64,000 nucleotides of DNA from Felis catus (taxonomy: Eukaryota): NCBI RefSeq assembly GCF_018350175.1, contig NC_058386.1, forward strand, positions 125,922,001 through 125,986,000, in the 5' to 3' direction. Both the position numbers and the translations under genes were made by a program. This document shows, piece after piece, positions 10,065 to 22,149 of this stretch. The notes beneath the pieces are model-generated. The model saw nothing but the letters and a program-made list of their open reading frames with translations. It made no database searches and was not told the DNA's origin. The first letter of the stretch is position 1. Every line of letters begins with the position of its first letter.

Positions 10065-13000
10065 GTGGGGCACCTGAGTGGTTCAGTCAGTTGGGCGTCC
10101 TACTTGGGCTCAGGTCATGATCTCATGGTTCATGAGTTCAGGCCCCATATTGGACTCACTGCTGACAATGCAGAGTTCGCTTCAGATCCTCTGTTTCCCT
10201 CTCTCTGCTCCTCCCCCGCTTGTGCTGTCTCTCAAAAAAAAAAAAAGGAAGGAGTTGCTGTCACAGGCTACAACATGGATGAACCTTGAGGACACTATGC
10301 TGAATGAAACCAGCAAGTCACAATAGACAAATACAGTATGATTTCACTTGTGTGAGTGATCTAGAGTAGTCTAGATCTAGACCTAAATTCACAGAGACAG
10401 GAAGTAGGATGGTGGGTGCGGAGGGGGGGTTGGGGAAGGGGGAGTTAGTGTCTAATCAGGACAGAGTGTGGTTTGGGAAGATGGAAAAGTTCTGGAGACA
10501 TGAGTTCCAGCCCCACATTGGGTGTAGAAATTATTTAAAAATACACACACACACACACACATACACACACACACACATTTAAAGTGGTAAATTTCATGTA
10601 TACTTTAGCATAAAAATAAAATTTAAAAAGTCTATTCAGGTCCTAGGGAACACTGACGTTAGAAGACCCTCGCTCAAACCCATACAATTAGCAGCAAACT
10701 AGAGATCTGCCCTCTAGAAAGGATAAATCAGAGGGATTCCGGACTTAGGGACAGTAGTCACAGCCAAAGAAGGGGACAAAACTTCCTAGTGATGAGAAAG
10801 AATAAAGCAGCCACTGCCATCTGGAGCTGCGCAGATGGGACTGGGTGTTATCCTACTGAACATAAGGAATGTCACAGAGCATCAACATCACACAAGGTCA
10901 CTCTGTGACCACGATAGGGGAAGACCAAAGCAAGACCACCCCATAATGACATGTGAGGGCAGACCAAAACAAGAACTCTGTCCCAGCCACAAAAATGGCC
11001 AAACCTCCCTCTGTTTGGGCTACTACGAGTAACGGCTGCCTTCGTGTCCCTTCATCCCCCACCCCACCCCCACCTCTTGCCTCCCAGATAAGATTTATGA
11101 ACACATCCAATCAGAGTTACCCCTGCTTCCTCACAGTATCTAGGCCAGAGCCGAGTCCCTCCCCCAAATCCCCTAAACTCAGCCCCAGTCCTACTGACCC
11201 TTTCTAGCACCCTCTTACCAGGACACTTGCCAACTCCCCACCATGGGGGTCTCCCTCAAAGTAATGGTCTGAGTCCCTGAGGGGAAGCCCTCTGTTGACA
11301 AGCTCTGTTTGTGCACATCACATATCTTTAAAAAAATTTTTTTGTTATTATTTATTTTTGAGAGAGCGCAGGTCGGGGAGGGGCAGAGAAAGAGGCAGAC
11401 AGAATCCCAAGCAGGCCCCAAGATGTCGGCACAGAGCACACCTCAGGGCTTGAACTCATCAACCGTGAGATCATGACTCGAGCTGAAACCAAGAGTGGAC
11501 GCTTAACCCACTGAGCATGTCAACTACCTAATCCACCTCTCAGCGCTTCCTCTTAAATATGAACTGATGGCCAAGAATTGCCAGCCATTTGAGGGAAGCT
11601 CTAAAATGAAAGAGAAAGATGAAAGCAAGCTTTTTTAAAAACTGCAAGAACAAAGAAAATGCAGGGAGCAGAGAAAAATGTCAAGAAAACAAAAATGAAC
11701 ATTTCAGAATGATTGGACATGATATTATATCTGTGAAACAAGAACAAAGGGTTATTTTAAATTGGAATTTGGACAACAAAACAGAACTCTTAGAAACAAA
11801 AACTGTGAAAGTAAATTGTTTTAAAAAGTCAACGAGGGGTTGAAGAAATCACTAAGGAAGCAGAATTAAAAGGAATAGAGGTTGGGGAATAAGAAAGAGA
11901 AAAGATAAGAAAATTAGAGAACCAACCCATGGAGTCCAGCAACCAGTTACAAGAATTCCTGAAAGTGAGAGAAAAGTTAAGAAGTTAAGTTAAAAAGTTA
12001 AGAAGAAGAAGTGATCGAAGGGATAATATGAGCCCCAAACCTAAGGACACACGATTTTACAGTGACAGCACCCAGCAGTTGTCCAGCATGGAGAAGGAAA
12101 CAGGATCCCCGAAGAACATCATTGTACAATTTTACAAGGGGGAAGAGACTCCTAAAAGCTTCGGGGAGAAAACTTGCAGGTCACACACAAGTATCAGAAA
12201 TCAGAATGGCATTGGGTTTCTCACCTAAGCACTGAAATCCTAGAGCGATGCCCTTACCAGTCTAAGGGAAAAATTATTTTCAACTCTGAATTCTATATCC
12301 AGCTAAACTACCAATCGATTTCAAGGATAGAATCCAGGCATTTTCAGACAAGCAGAGTCACAGATTGCCCGCGGGGGCGGGGGGTGGGAGGCGGAGGAGG
12401 GCAGAGGGTGAGGAGAGGGTGGCGGGGCTGAGCACTAGCCGGCCCTGGGAGGAAGTCGGTAGAAAAGCAACTAGCAGGCTGCTGTGAAGTTGAACACAGG
12501 GAGGGCAGCCCCAGAAGCAACAGCCAGAACACTGGGAGGTGGCTGTTTCTGGGGAGTGGAATCGGGAACAGAAAGGGTGAGTCAGAGAACTGCTATGTGG
12601 CATCGTAAGCCTTGAGTAACATTTGACTTTTTCAACTGTGACTCGGGTCAAAATACAGAGTAAAAAGCTAACAGCTCCGTGTAACCCCAGGCCATTCAGT
12701 GCCCTCCAGGATAAACTGGTAGAGGAAAAAATAGCTCAGAGACCAATGAAAAGACGCTAGCTATATTCTACCGCTGCTTTGGTTCATTTCCCCTCAACCT
12801 TGAATTACAAAATGTCAAAGCATGCAGAACATTTGGAAGAGGAGTATATGGACAGCCATATACCCACCTAGTACCTGCGTCAACCTGGTGATCTTTTTGC
12901 TGTGTTTGTCCTGGTGGGGACGTGTGCGTTCATTGGCTGAACTGCAGAAGTGGGCGGCACAAGTTTGCTCGCTTCAAACGCAAGTGGCCAAACTTACAGG

Positions 13001-16000
13001 GAGCCTCGTTTGCCTCGAGGACATTGAATGAGAGCTGAGCAATCAGCTGCGTGCAGGAGTTGCGACTCCCGAGCCAAGTGGAACTCATTTGACTGGACCA
13101 CTGTGACAACAGAGACCAGAGAGCACAGAGCCCTTTGCCTCACTGCTTGGCACATGAGGGCAGGCGCCGTGACCCTCACCTCATCTCCCTCGTGGGGCTG
13201 GTAGTCGAAGCGCAGCGGGGGACAGAAGGCGACTGCGTGCACCTCCAGAACCTTGGCCTTGTCCCCTGGAGGATCTAGGGCCTCGACCGCCTCTTCCAGG
13301 CTGCCGAGACCCTGCATCTGGGAGGCCTGGGTGCGGGTCTCGGCAGCCGTGTAGCTCCGGAGCACCTGGCCCAGGGCTAAGTGGAATCCTGTGTCACAGC
13401 ACTGGGGAGGAAGCAAGAACGCGGCTCAGGGTGGGCCCCAGGGCACGGGGCACCGGGCGCAGCCTGCCCGCCTGGCACTCACATCCATGAGATCCAAGAC
13501 GTCGTGCAAGTAGTAGTTGCTGACGGCAGCATTGACGCTGGCCAGGCTGAGCAGGTACTCGTTGCGAGCCTTTGTGCACTTGACTTTATGCTCCAAGAAC
13601 TTGGCCTGACGCTGCTCAAGACCGCACAAGTACACCAGGGTCACCTACTCGGCCAGCCGGCCCCCATCTCAGGCCTTCCCTGGGATCTCCACCTCCACAC
13701 CCCGTCTGCGTGCGGACCTCTGCCCCTGATGTCCCACAGGGCCCTCAAACGAATGGCCCAGAAGTCGCAATGTCCTCCCCTGCCCCACCCTGTGACGCAT
13801 GAACTCGGGCCGGCAACCCCAGGTGCGCCTCAGCTTCTCCTGGCTCGGGGCCTCCCCATCCTTTCAGGGGCCACCTCAAACGCTCTCTCCCCGCACGTTG
13901 GCCAATCACCCATGCCACGCGTCCTCTTGCCCCTCTGCAACCTGCTGGCACCGTGCGAGGCCGGGTGGCTGGGTGGGCGGACAGCCTCGGGAGCACCAAA
14001 GCTCTCTTGACTCCAGCTGGGTAGGGGAGAGCTGGGAGCACGGGGCAGACTGTTCTCCTGCCCCCGCGTCTACCACCCCAGCTTGAGGAGCCGTCCAAAG
14101 CCAGGAGAGCTGACCGGAGCTCCGTGGCTGTCCTCTCCCCAGCCCGACGTTCCCCATCCACGCACCACCTCCCGGCAGGCCCCAGTGAGGGCCAGGGACT
14201 CGCAGGGACAAAGGCCAGAACCGGAGCCTTCGAAGACGGGCGCCCTCCAGGCCCACCTTTTCTACCAGCCGCCCTCCCTTCTTGAGGGAGCTCTTGCGGA
14301 CAGGGCCCGCCTCATTGGTGGCCGCGGCGGCGGTGGCGGCGGTGCGGCCCGCCCGCTTCTCCTCTTGCCGCTCAGCCTCCCGGAGCTTGGCCTCAGCATT
14401 GACGCTCTCCATGTGGTACACGTGGTACGTCTTCTTGGCCTGCGGGGAGGAGCGAGGCCAAGCCGCCCTGCTGAAGGCCACGGCCACAGCCAGGCCGCCC
14501 CGTCCTCCCCCCCCCCACCCCGCCCCCCGCCCCGGGCCATCTGGGATTCAGACCCGGGAGGTAGCCAATCCCACGAGAGTGCTCAGCCTAACCACCCTGT
14601 GCCCAGAGCAGAGAGAGAGGGCTGTGCTCGCAGTCCCCAAACCCCAGGTCTGTCCCGGGCTCTCGATCCTCTGATCCTTGAGCCCGGCTTGGGGAGATGT
14701 GATATGATGGCTTCCCTGCGCCGGGGGGCGGGCCCTGCCCTGTCCTCACCGTCTGAAGCTCCGACACCACCTCCAGGAGCTCCTCCTGCAGCTGCTGCTC
14801 CAGATCCTTGGTCTGAGGACGAGAGTGTGACCACAGCACTGCCCCCGCACAGCAGCTGCAGACCCGGGGGCGGGGGGGGGGGTGCGGGGGGGGGGGTTTG
14901 GTGCTGACAGCAGCACTCAAGGCTCCACCCGGCTCCCTGGGCCTGGCACCCACCCGGCCCCGCCCCGCCTAGACCCTGAGGCCGTCCACACCTCCCTTGC
15001 CGCGTGCCGCCCGGGGCGAAGGCCTTACCTTCTTGACTATGCGCCCCACATCCTCCGCGATGTGACTCAGGCGCTGGGCCAGGGGCCCGGCCAGCACCTC
15101 GCTGAGGGTGGCGCTTTCCCGGCTCTGCTGCCGCGTATGCTGCAGCAACACGGCCCAGCAGTGCAGGGGCGACAGCAGGGACGGCTCCTTCCTGGGGCAG
15201 AGGGGCACTCAGACCGGGAGCGGGGGAGGCGGGCTTCGGGCTCTACTGTAGCCACCCCACCCTGCGAGTACCCACCGGAAGGTTTGGTGCTCCCGGCCGC
15301 CACCCCCCAGGCGGCCGCCTCGGCTGGAGAAGCGCTCGGCCAGTTTGTCCAGGCCCCGGGAGTACTCCAGCTCCACCTCGGCGCGCCGCCGCATGAACTC
15401 AGCCAGCTCCTGCAGCAGGTCCCGCCGCAGCTCGCCCTGCAGCTCCAGGCAGCGCAGCTGCTCGCTCAGCTGCCAGCGCATCTCTGCGAGGGACCGTGGC
15501 TCAGGCCCGGCCACGGCCTGAGCGCCTCCCCCCCACCCCGTGGTTGCCCCCCAGACGGAGGAGGGGAAGGACACTGGCCCCCCGGGGGGGGGGCACGCTG
15601 GGCTCAGGGCAGTCCGGGGTGGGGAGGGGGAAGGGGCCTCTGGGCTAAGGCTAAAGGGAACCGGCCAGGCCCAAGCAGTTGAAGAACAGGAAGGCTGTTG
15701 CGGGCAGACGGGCAGCGGGGCCGATCCGGGGTGGTGGGAACCTGTCACGACGGTGGGAACCCAGAGCTGCCCCAGTGCCATCTGGCCCTGTCCCTAGCCA
15801 GGTGCCTTTCAACTGGGCTTCTCGTCACTCCGTGGTTCCTGGAAAGCCCCTGAGCTGTGTGTCCTGCCACTTCCTGCCCTTCGGGAGCCCAGGACCCCAG
15901 GCAGGGTGGCGGCCGCTCAGGGCCAAGGCTGCCATGGCGCTCTGCCGAACCTGCGGCGAACTTGTGGCCACCAGTGGCCTCAGTGGCCGGGAAGCGTGCC

Positions 16001-19000
16001 CTTGGCCCCCCACGGGGAAAGGGCAGCCCCCTCGGCGGGGCCAATGGCCAGAGCAAGCTGGCTGGGGCTGACAAGGGAAAGGGACTGAGGGAGTTGGCCT
16101 GCTTTCGGTCTCCAGTTTCCACCCCTGGCACCCACCCACAGGGCACCCCACCCCCACCTCCTGGCAGAGGCGCCACGCCCAGGGCCCCCACACCGCTGGC
16201 TTTTGACACCTTATCGCGGGCTTGATTTGGCAACACTGCTCTCCCCACGAAAGCAAAGAACCGCCTGAATGACACACTTAACCTGCTACAAACACCTTCT
16301 GCCACCCACCGGGCGCCCAGGTGGGCATGGGAGCTCCCGGGTCACAAGTCCTGGCCCGGGCTTCGGGCAAAAGGGTCGCCCACTTATTTATCTCCGTCCG
16401 TGTGCCCAGGGAGGGACATTCATCGATTTCTCCATTCCACAGAATGTTGATTACATACCCAGTCTGTGCCAGGCATGTTCCAGACGCGGAGACAGTGTGA
16501 CAGAGGGCTGACCAAGTGCTTGCCCTCACAAAGCCAGGATGGGAAAGGGGGTGCAGATCACAAGGGGCCACACACATACTAGAACGTCCAGGAGCACGGG
16601 GTGCTGAGGAGGCAAACCCAGCAAGGTGAGAGCAGAGCTGGAGGTGAGGGCGGGAAGGGGTCCTTCTAGAGGGGGGCCAGGAGCTGAAGGAGGTCACACA
16701 GGGGGCGTGGGCCGTTGGAACTAGTGTGGCTGGAGCAAGCCGTGGGCACACGCAGATGGCACAGGGCCCGTGGTCAGGGAAGGACTTCCAGCCAGTCACC
16801 GAGAGAGAGAGGAGACACAGCAGCCGAGCACCACGGTCCGGCTCCCCCCTGGGCTGCCATGGGGAGGCCAGGCAGAGGTCAGGTGACCTCTCCGGTGGCA
16901 GAGAGAAAGTGCCCAGCTCCGGTGGCAGCTCCAGAGCCGCGCTAGGCAGAAGACAGCGAGGCCTCAGACCAGGGAGCAGGTGAGGGAGGAGGTGAGAAGC
17001 AGCAGGGGCCCAGGCCCACTGAAGAAACTGCCCTGCAAACAGCTCAGCGCCTGTCCTTGCATTTGTGTCCTGCCAGTGACTTCCCAGGGGCCGTGGGCGT
17101 GGCGCCGCCTCCATGGGTACCGCTTGCCGGCATCCCCATCTCCTTGTCTGCTCTCCCTTTAGAGAAGGTGTCTTTCTTTCTTTTTTTTTTTTTTTAATTT
17201 TTATTTATTTGAGAGAGAGAGAGAGAACAAGCAGGGAAGGAGCAGAGAGGGAGGGAGACCCAGAGTCCGAAGCAGGCTCCAGGCTCCGAGCTGTCGGCAC
17301 AGAGCCCGACGCGGGGCTCGAACCCACGAACCAAGAGATCATGACCTGAGCCGAAGTCAGATGGCGGGGGGTGCTTCCTGACAGGAAAGCCGCTGCAGAG
17401 CAGGGCAGGGCTGAGTGACCCAGTCCGCTCACACCCTCTGAGGCCGGGCTCCAGCGGCTGGCTCTCCGCTCCAGGCGCCAGGGGGAGCAGGCCCTATGCC
17501 ACCTGCAATCTGGGGATTCGTCACCGAATCAGGGCAACATTTTTGAGATCAAAGTGAATCTCATTTCATTCCAAGAAAGATCTGAAATGTCCCCACTCAC
17601 CTCACCTTCCTCTGGTGTCTGCCCCGCCCTCCCAGAGCACCGGGTCCCTGGAGACCAATTACAACCGAACAGTGCTGAACAAAACAGCACGCCAGCCGGT
17701 TTCATTTTTTCTTCAGGGCAGCCGTGCCTCGGTTAGATACGCTGGCTGTGTGAGTAGACTGAGCATCACCTGAACCCGGCGAACTGGGGCCCAGTCCCCC
17801 CGCCTCGGCCGGCACTCTCCAGCTCTCAGATCTCAGCTCAAATGCACTCATCATCAACCCTTTCCCGACCTCCTCCCAATCTAGCTCTGGCCCTCCTCCC
17901 ACCCCCTTCCTCCACCTCTGCGCTCTCCCCTTTTAGAGTGGCCAGCATCATTCTGGAACCTAATCGTGTTAGAGGACGTTTGCTGTCTGAGGGCAGGGAC
18001 TGGTTCCCTTTTGCTCAGCGCTGTATTCCCCGGGCCTGGGACAGAAAAGCTGCGTGCAAAACAGCTGTGGAAAGGAAGGATGGAATCCACATAGGCCTGA
18101 ATTGCAGAGCTGAGCCTCAGGCCCCACCAGCACTTCCTGTGAGCAAGGCATACGGTCTCACTTCTGCTGACCGAAACCACGACTGTGCTGACCTTTCACA
18201 ATTTAGGGTGTCAAGACAGTGATCCTGTTTTTTTTTTTCAGCATGGTAAAAAGTTTTTTTGGGGGGGGAGGATGGGTTACAAGCTAAAGTCACTGGAGGC
18301 CTTGCTCAAATTCCCAATTTTTCAGTGTGAATTAACTGACCCATATTTGCTGACTGAAGAGTTTCCAAAGCCCTTCAGCCTCCTGACGTTTTGGGGAAAC
18401 GGGTTGGGGGGTCATTCTCTCCACCTGCAGAGCTGGCACGCCCTGCAAAGTCACCTCAAGTTGGCTCTGGGCAGCAGGAGCTACCAGAAGGGAGGACCCA
18501 GGCACACTTTGGCGGAAACTGCTCGCATTGGTTAATTATGGTGGAACCTGCATCTCTGGGTTGAAAGGAATTTCAAAGGTCATCTCCGTGTCCCTCGGAG
18601 GAACCGTGACCGTGTGCAAGGCACTTCTCCCTGAGGTTCGGTTTCCTTCGTCGGGAAAACAGAGCGATTGAGAGTCATATATGGAGGGTCACACATCTGA
18701 AGACACGGGGAAATTTTAGGGCCCCAACTGTTGGCACTTGGATGCTACCTGCTTTCCTTCGCAAGAGTCACGGTGCCCTGAGTAAGACCGACAGCAAATT
18801 TGCAAAGCTGATTTGCATGAGATTTGCACAAAGTGTTTCTCAGAACCCAAGGAGGTCTACCCCCAGAAGGCTTCGAAGCTGGCCCCGCTGTATCTCTAAG
18901 TGCGGGTTTCATCCTCAGACAGCGGCCCTCAACTCTGAGCCACCTCGGTGCCCACCAGAGGGCCAAAAACTGGTTTCAAGGCAAAGCCATCACTACTCCA

Positions 19001-19446
19001 GCCACCTAGGCACGCAGACTCCCTTACCTCGGCCTCCCCAGCAAAACTGAGGTGTTCGATTTCACTGTGGCTAGAATGCCACTTTCAAGGGGGCCCCCTT
19101 CCCTCCTCGGGCTCCTTGGGTGAGGTGCAGGGGGACCCAAGGAGGGCAGAGCGACCAAAGGAAGGGAGGGAAGAAGGAAGGGGGAACAGCCCGCGGTTGA
19201 GGCCAAGGGGAGGCGGAGAGGCGGGCAAGAAGCTCGGACTCCCTCCCTCAACCCCCTCCGGAGGTCGCGGGGGGCTGGGGGGGGGGGCGGGGAGCGGAGC
19301 AGCGGGCCCTGGGCCAGCGGCGGGACTTTTCCGGGTCTCCGCAAGGGAACCGGGCCGGCAGCGCCCAGCGCCCTCTCACCTTTGACTTGCGCCTCATACT
19401 CGGCCTGCGGCCCCCGCTCCCGGCGCAGCTTCCCATGCGCGGCCAT
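3692..19446 (-). CDS. ARHGAP4: Rho GTPase-activating protein 4 (F-BAR, RhoGAP, SH3), 22 coding exons, 951 aa
   Basis: Exons in transcript order: 19446-19380, 15483-15276, 15191-15029, 14812-14750, 14439-14257, 13611-13483, 13401-13180, 8286-8185, 8041-7850, 7752-7668, 7401-7374, 7125-7023, 6392-6332, 6219-6142, 6059-5925, 5814-5709, 5612-5379, 5297-5224, 5133-4950, 4814-4722, 4433-4319, 3922-3692. All GT-AG with matching phases; total 2856 nt. Motifs: MAAHGKLRRERG, GIFRVSG (arginine finger), NMMDPYNLAVCFGPTL, AVACFAYTGRTAQELSF...DWWRG (SH3). Confidence 0.96.
8560..9215 (+). mobile_element. Old LINE-1 (L1MB-like) 3' end, interrupted by a Can-SINE
   Basis: Matches my recollection of the L1M 3' consensus (…ctaagtgaaagaagccagac…gcaaatccacagagacagaaag…gatagtggtgatggttg…cctcaataaag). 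Subfamily not verified. Confidence 0.7.
8786..8994 (+). mobile_element. Can-SINE (feliform SINEC_Fc-like)
   Basis: ggggcgcctgggtggctcagtcggttgag head (A box), gttcgagcccc (B box), (CT)n region, aaaataaataaacattaaaaaaaaa tail. Confidence 0.92.
9228..9412 (-). mobile_element. Can-SINE
   Basis: Reverse complement of SINE head (…actgagccacccaggcgcccc) and tail (tttatttattttgaga). Confidence 0.9.
9996..10063 (+). repeat. (GAAA)17 microsatellite grown from a SINE tail
   Basis: 68 nt of perfect GAAA units. Confidence 0.95.
10541..10577 (+). repeat. Interrupted (CA)n microsatellite
   Basis: atacacacacacacacacacatacacacacacacaca. Confidence 0.9.
10850..11260 (+). mobile_element. Decayed ERV LTR (MER21/MER34-like)
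   Basis: caacatcacacaaggtcactctgtgaccacgat…aagaccacccc…cacaaaaatggccaaac…gataagattta…cccctgcttcct resembles that LTR group from memory; needs RepeatMasker. Confidence 0.5.
11327..11517 (-). mobile_element. Can-SINE
   Basis: tttatttttgagagag tail and gagatcatgac…gacgcttaacccactgagc head in reverse. Confidence 0.88.
11600..12355 (+). mobile_element. Decayed LINE-1/HAL1 ORF1 relic
   Basis: A-rich tract ending in ttcaactctgaattctatatccagctaaactac…cattttcagacaagcag, the typical ORF1p C-terminal RILYPAKLS…FSDKQ signature; multiple stops. Confidence 0.65.
17175..17362 (-). mobile_element. Can-SINE, 5'-truncated
   Basis: T-tail, gagagagag, acagagcccgacgcggggctcgaacccacgaacc…gagatcatgacctgagccgaagtc; head missing. 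Confidence 0.9.
17975..18085 (+). mobile_element. L2 LINE 3' end fragment
   Basis: tgagggcagggactgg…gctgtattccccgggcctgg resembles the L2 3' consensus. Confidence 0.5.
18605..18670 (+). mobile_element. MIR core fragment (similar cores at about 243-305, 42015-42060, 59220-59300)
   Basis: gtgacc…gcaaggcactt…ctgag…ggtttcct…aaaa, the MIR core signature. Confidence 0.5.
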
Positions 19447-19700
19447 GGCTTCCGGGCGGCCGCGCCGTCGAGCCCCGCTGCTCCCACGCGGCCGCGAGAG
19501 GGCCGGGCGCCGGGACCTGGGGCTCTGCAGCCAGCACCCTGCTCTGGCTCCGCCCCGCCCCGCCCCGCCCCTCCCCCCCCACGGCTCCCGGGGCGGGGCG
19601 CCCCCCCTCCCCTGCCTGGCGCCACCCGCGAGGGGTTCCTGCCTGGCAGGGTCCGCTACGGCTGGACCTTGCTGCCCCCTCGTGCTGAGCGCTGGGCACA
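19200..19700 (-). promoter_or_regulatory. ARHGAP4 CpG-island promoter with GC boxes
   Basis: CpG-dense block around exon 1; tandem CCGCCCCGCCCCGCCCC at about 19550-19570 just upstream of the ATG. Confidence 0.75.
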
Positions 19701-21316
19701 CACCTGGGCTGCCCGTGCCCAATGCTCAGCTGCCAGGCAGCCAGGGCCAGTGTGAGGGCCTCAACGTTCCAGGAAGCTGGCAGCCCCCAGAAACTGTCTG
19801 CTCACCGCGGCCCAACCACACCCTTCACAGCACGGCCCCGGGGCCTTCAATGCCGGTGGGCAGCGCTACCGTAGCTGCTCCGGGCCCTGGACGCCCCTGG
19901 GTCACCTGCTTCCCCCAGACTCCCAGGACATGAGATGGGACCTACCCATCTCCACTGCCAGCCCTGAGAGATAAGTGCATGCCCGGAGAGGCTGGTGGGA
20001 AGTTCCCAGGGTGGGTGGGGAAGGAAAGTCAGCGCCAGAGAACAGAACCTCGGCCATTGTTCCCTCGGGCCCCCGCCCCCCTTGTTTTGAGGAGAGCAGG
20101 GTTTGGCTAAGGTTCCCCTTCTGCTCAACCCCGTAGGGAGGAACAAGCCTCATTTCCCCATAGGTAGTTACCACTTCCTACCACTTCCTGCTGCCGGAAG
20201 ACACTCTTGTGCGTCCCCCACCCCAGCTTGCACCTACCCTGTTTTAGGCTTGGGGCTGGCGGGGTTCAGCCATCCTCTTCCCCCCTCAGAGCAAGGCCTT
20301 AGCAAGCCTGAGGGCAAATCTTGGGGCCTCCCTTCTCCGGGAGTGCTGGAGTTTCCCTCTACCCCTCTCTACCAACTGGAAGCCCAAGGGCAACAGAGTT
20401 TCTCCAGTAAATTGGGAAGGCAGGGTGCAGGTGGCAGTTGACAAACCGGAGTAGACAACGGTCTCCAGTTGGGAGGGAGGGAAATCCCCGGGGTAAAGAT
20501 GGTGGGAGAGGGGCGAGGCAGTGAGGCTCCAGACTTGTGCCCAGGGAGGCAGGCCTGTAGGCACCAGGGCAAGGAGTCCAGGCACGCATGTGTGTGCATG
20601 GATGTCAAAGTCAGGCTGTGTGCAAATGTGGGCACATATGACCTCGACCTACAGCTCTGGGAGGAAGGGAAGGCTGTGCAGGTACTTCCCGCCTTTAAAC
20701 TATGAGCAGTTCTTTTGCCCAGAAGGGGAAAACATACCTCCTCAGCTCCCTGCCCACCCACCCCAACTCCCGCCCAGTACCCAGGCCCTTCTCTAAGACA
20801 CCACGTGTCCATGGGGCCTGGGGTCAGAAGCCCCGGGAGCCGGCCAGACACCAGCAGGCCAGGACCTGGGCTCCCAGCAGCCGGTCTCAGCAGTACCACT
20901 GTTTGAGTCCTCCTACAAGGCAGGTGAGCCCCGTCCAGAGGCATGCACGGGCACTCCCGCCCCCAAACCTGCTCCTGTGTCAGGGACCCATGCCCTCATC
21001 AGCTAACCCCAACACACCTCGGCCCCTAGGCTCCATCTGAGCCCTGACTGGTCCCTCAAGGTCCCTCACCCACGCAGCAGAGCCATGCACGGAGCTCAAG
21101 CCCACAGGAAACTGCTGTGAACTGGCTTCAGCCCCTACTTTCAAATAGATGGACCAGAAGGAGATGAGATCAATGGGGAGACTGTTACAGCTATCCACGT
21201 CAGAGCGAGAATACACAAGGGCATGAATCAGGCAGTGAAGGTCCCATATGAAGATGCTGTGAGGCCCCTATTTTCCTACAAGCCTACTTTCCAGAAGTGT
21301 AAGAATGGGGGTTTCA

Positions 21317-21442
21317 GGGGCACCTGGGTGGTGCAGTCGGCTGAGCCTCTGACTTTGGCTACAGTCATGATCTCACCACGCAGGAGTTCGAGCCCCACAT
21401 CGGGCTCTCAGCTATCAGTGTGGAGTGCGCTCCGGTTCCTGT

Positions 21443-21474
<32 letters not shown>

Positions 21475-22090
21475 GGCCCTCCCCAGCTCGTACTTTCTGT
21501 CTCAAAAATAAATAAAAACAAGGGTGCCTGGGTGGCTCAGTCAGCTGAGTGTCTGACTTCAGCTTAGGTCATGATCTTATGGTCTGTGAGTTGGAGCCCC
21601 ACATCGTAGACTCTGTGCCGGCAACTCAGAGCCTGGAGCCTGCTTAGGATTCTGCGTCTCCCTCTCTCTCTGCCCTTCCCCTGTTCACATTCTGTCTCTC
21701 TCTCTCTCTCAAAAATAAACATTAAAAAAATTTTTTAATAAAAAAAATAGAATGCCGGCTTCAGAGGGGCACCTGGCTGGCTCAGTCGGAAGAGCATGCA
21801 ACTCGTGATCTCAGGGTAGTGAGTTCAAGCCCCACGTTGGGCGTAGAGATTACAAAAAGAATGAGAAAAATAATTTTGGGGTGCCCAGGTGGCTCTGTCA
21901 ATTGGGCGTCAGACTCTTGGTTTCGGCTCAGGTCATGATCCCCGGGTTGGTGAGTTCAAGCCACGCCTCGGCTTCCAGCTGACGGTGTGAAGCCTACTTG
22001 GGATTCTCTTTCTCTCCCTCTCTTCCCCTTCCCCAACTCATGCTTGCTCAAGCTCTCTCTCAAGATAAATAAACTTAAAAAAAAAAAAAG
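21317..22090 (+). mobile_element. Four tandem Can-SINEs (about 21317-21519, 21521-21750, 21766-21870 short type, 21878-22090)
   Basis: Four successive gggg(c/t)(a/g)cc…ggct…gtc heads, each with a B box and A-rich tail. Confidence 0.9.
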
Positions 22091-22149
22091 TTTGGGGGCT
22101 TCAAGGGTCAAGGTTGTGCACCCGGTCTGTGTACAGGTTCATCGCTTGG

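Larger units (their letters stand above)
9413..10630 (+). mobile_element. L1MA-like 3' end split by three Can-SINEs (about 9565-9805, 9811-10065, 10066-10250)
   Basis: L1 text ...tattcagccttaaaaagaaaggag resumes after the SINEs as ...gctacaacatggatgaaccttgaggacactatgctg...; 13-bp TSD aaaaagaaaggag flanks the first SINE. Confidence 0.8.

Noticed and set aside
9813-10326. ORFs with KKERKKER / SFFLSFFL repeats
   Set aside because: Translations of SINE bodies and the (GAAA)17 microsatellite.
13612-14256. Possible orthologue of the 40-aa cassette exon I recall in a longer human ARHGAP4 isoform (intron 5)
   Set aside because: No convincing in-frame, similar segment with both splice sites found by eye.
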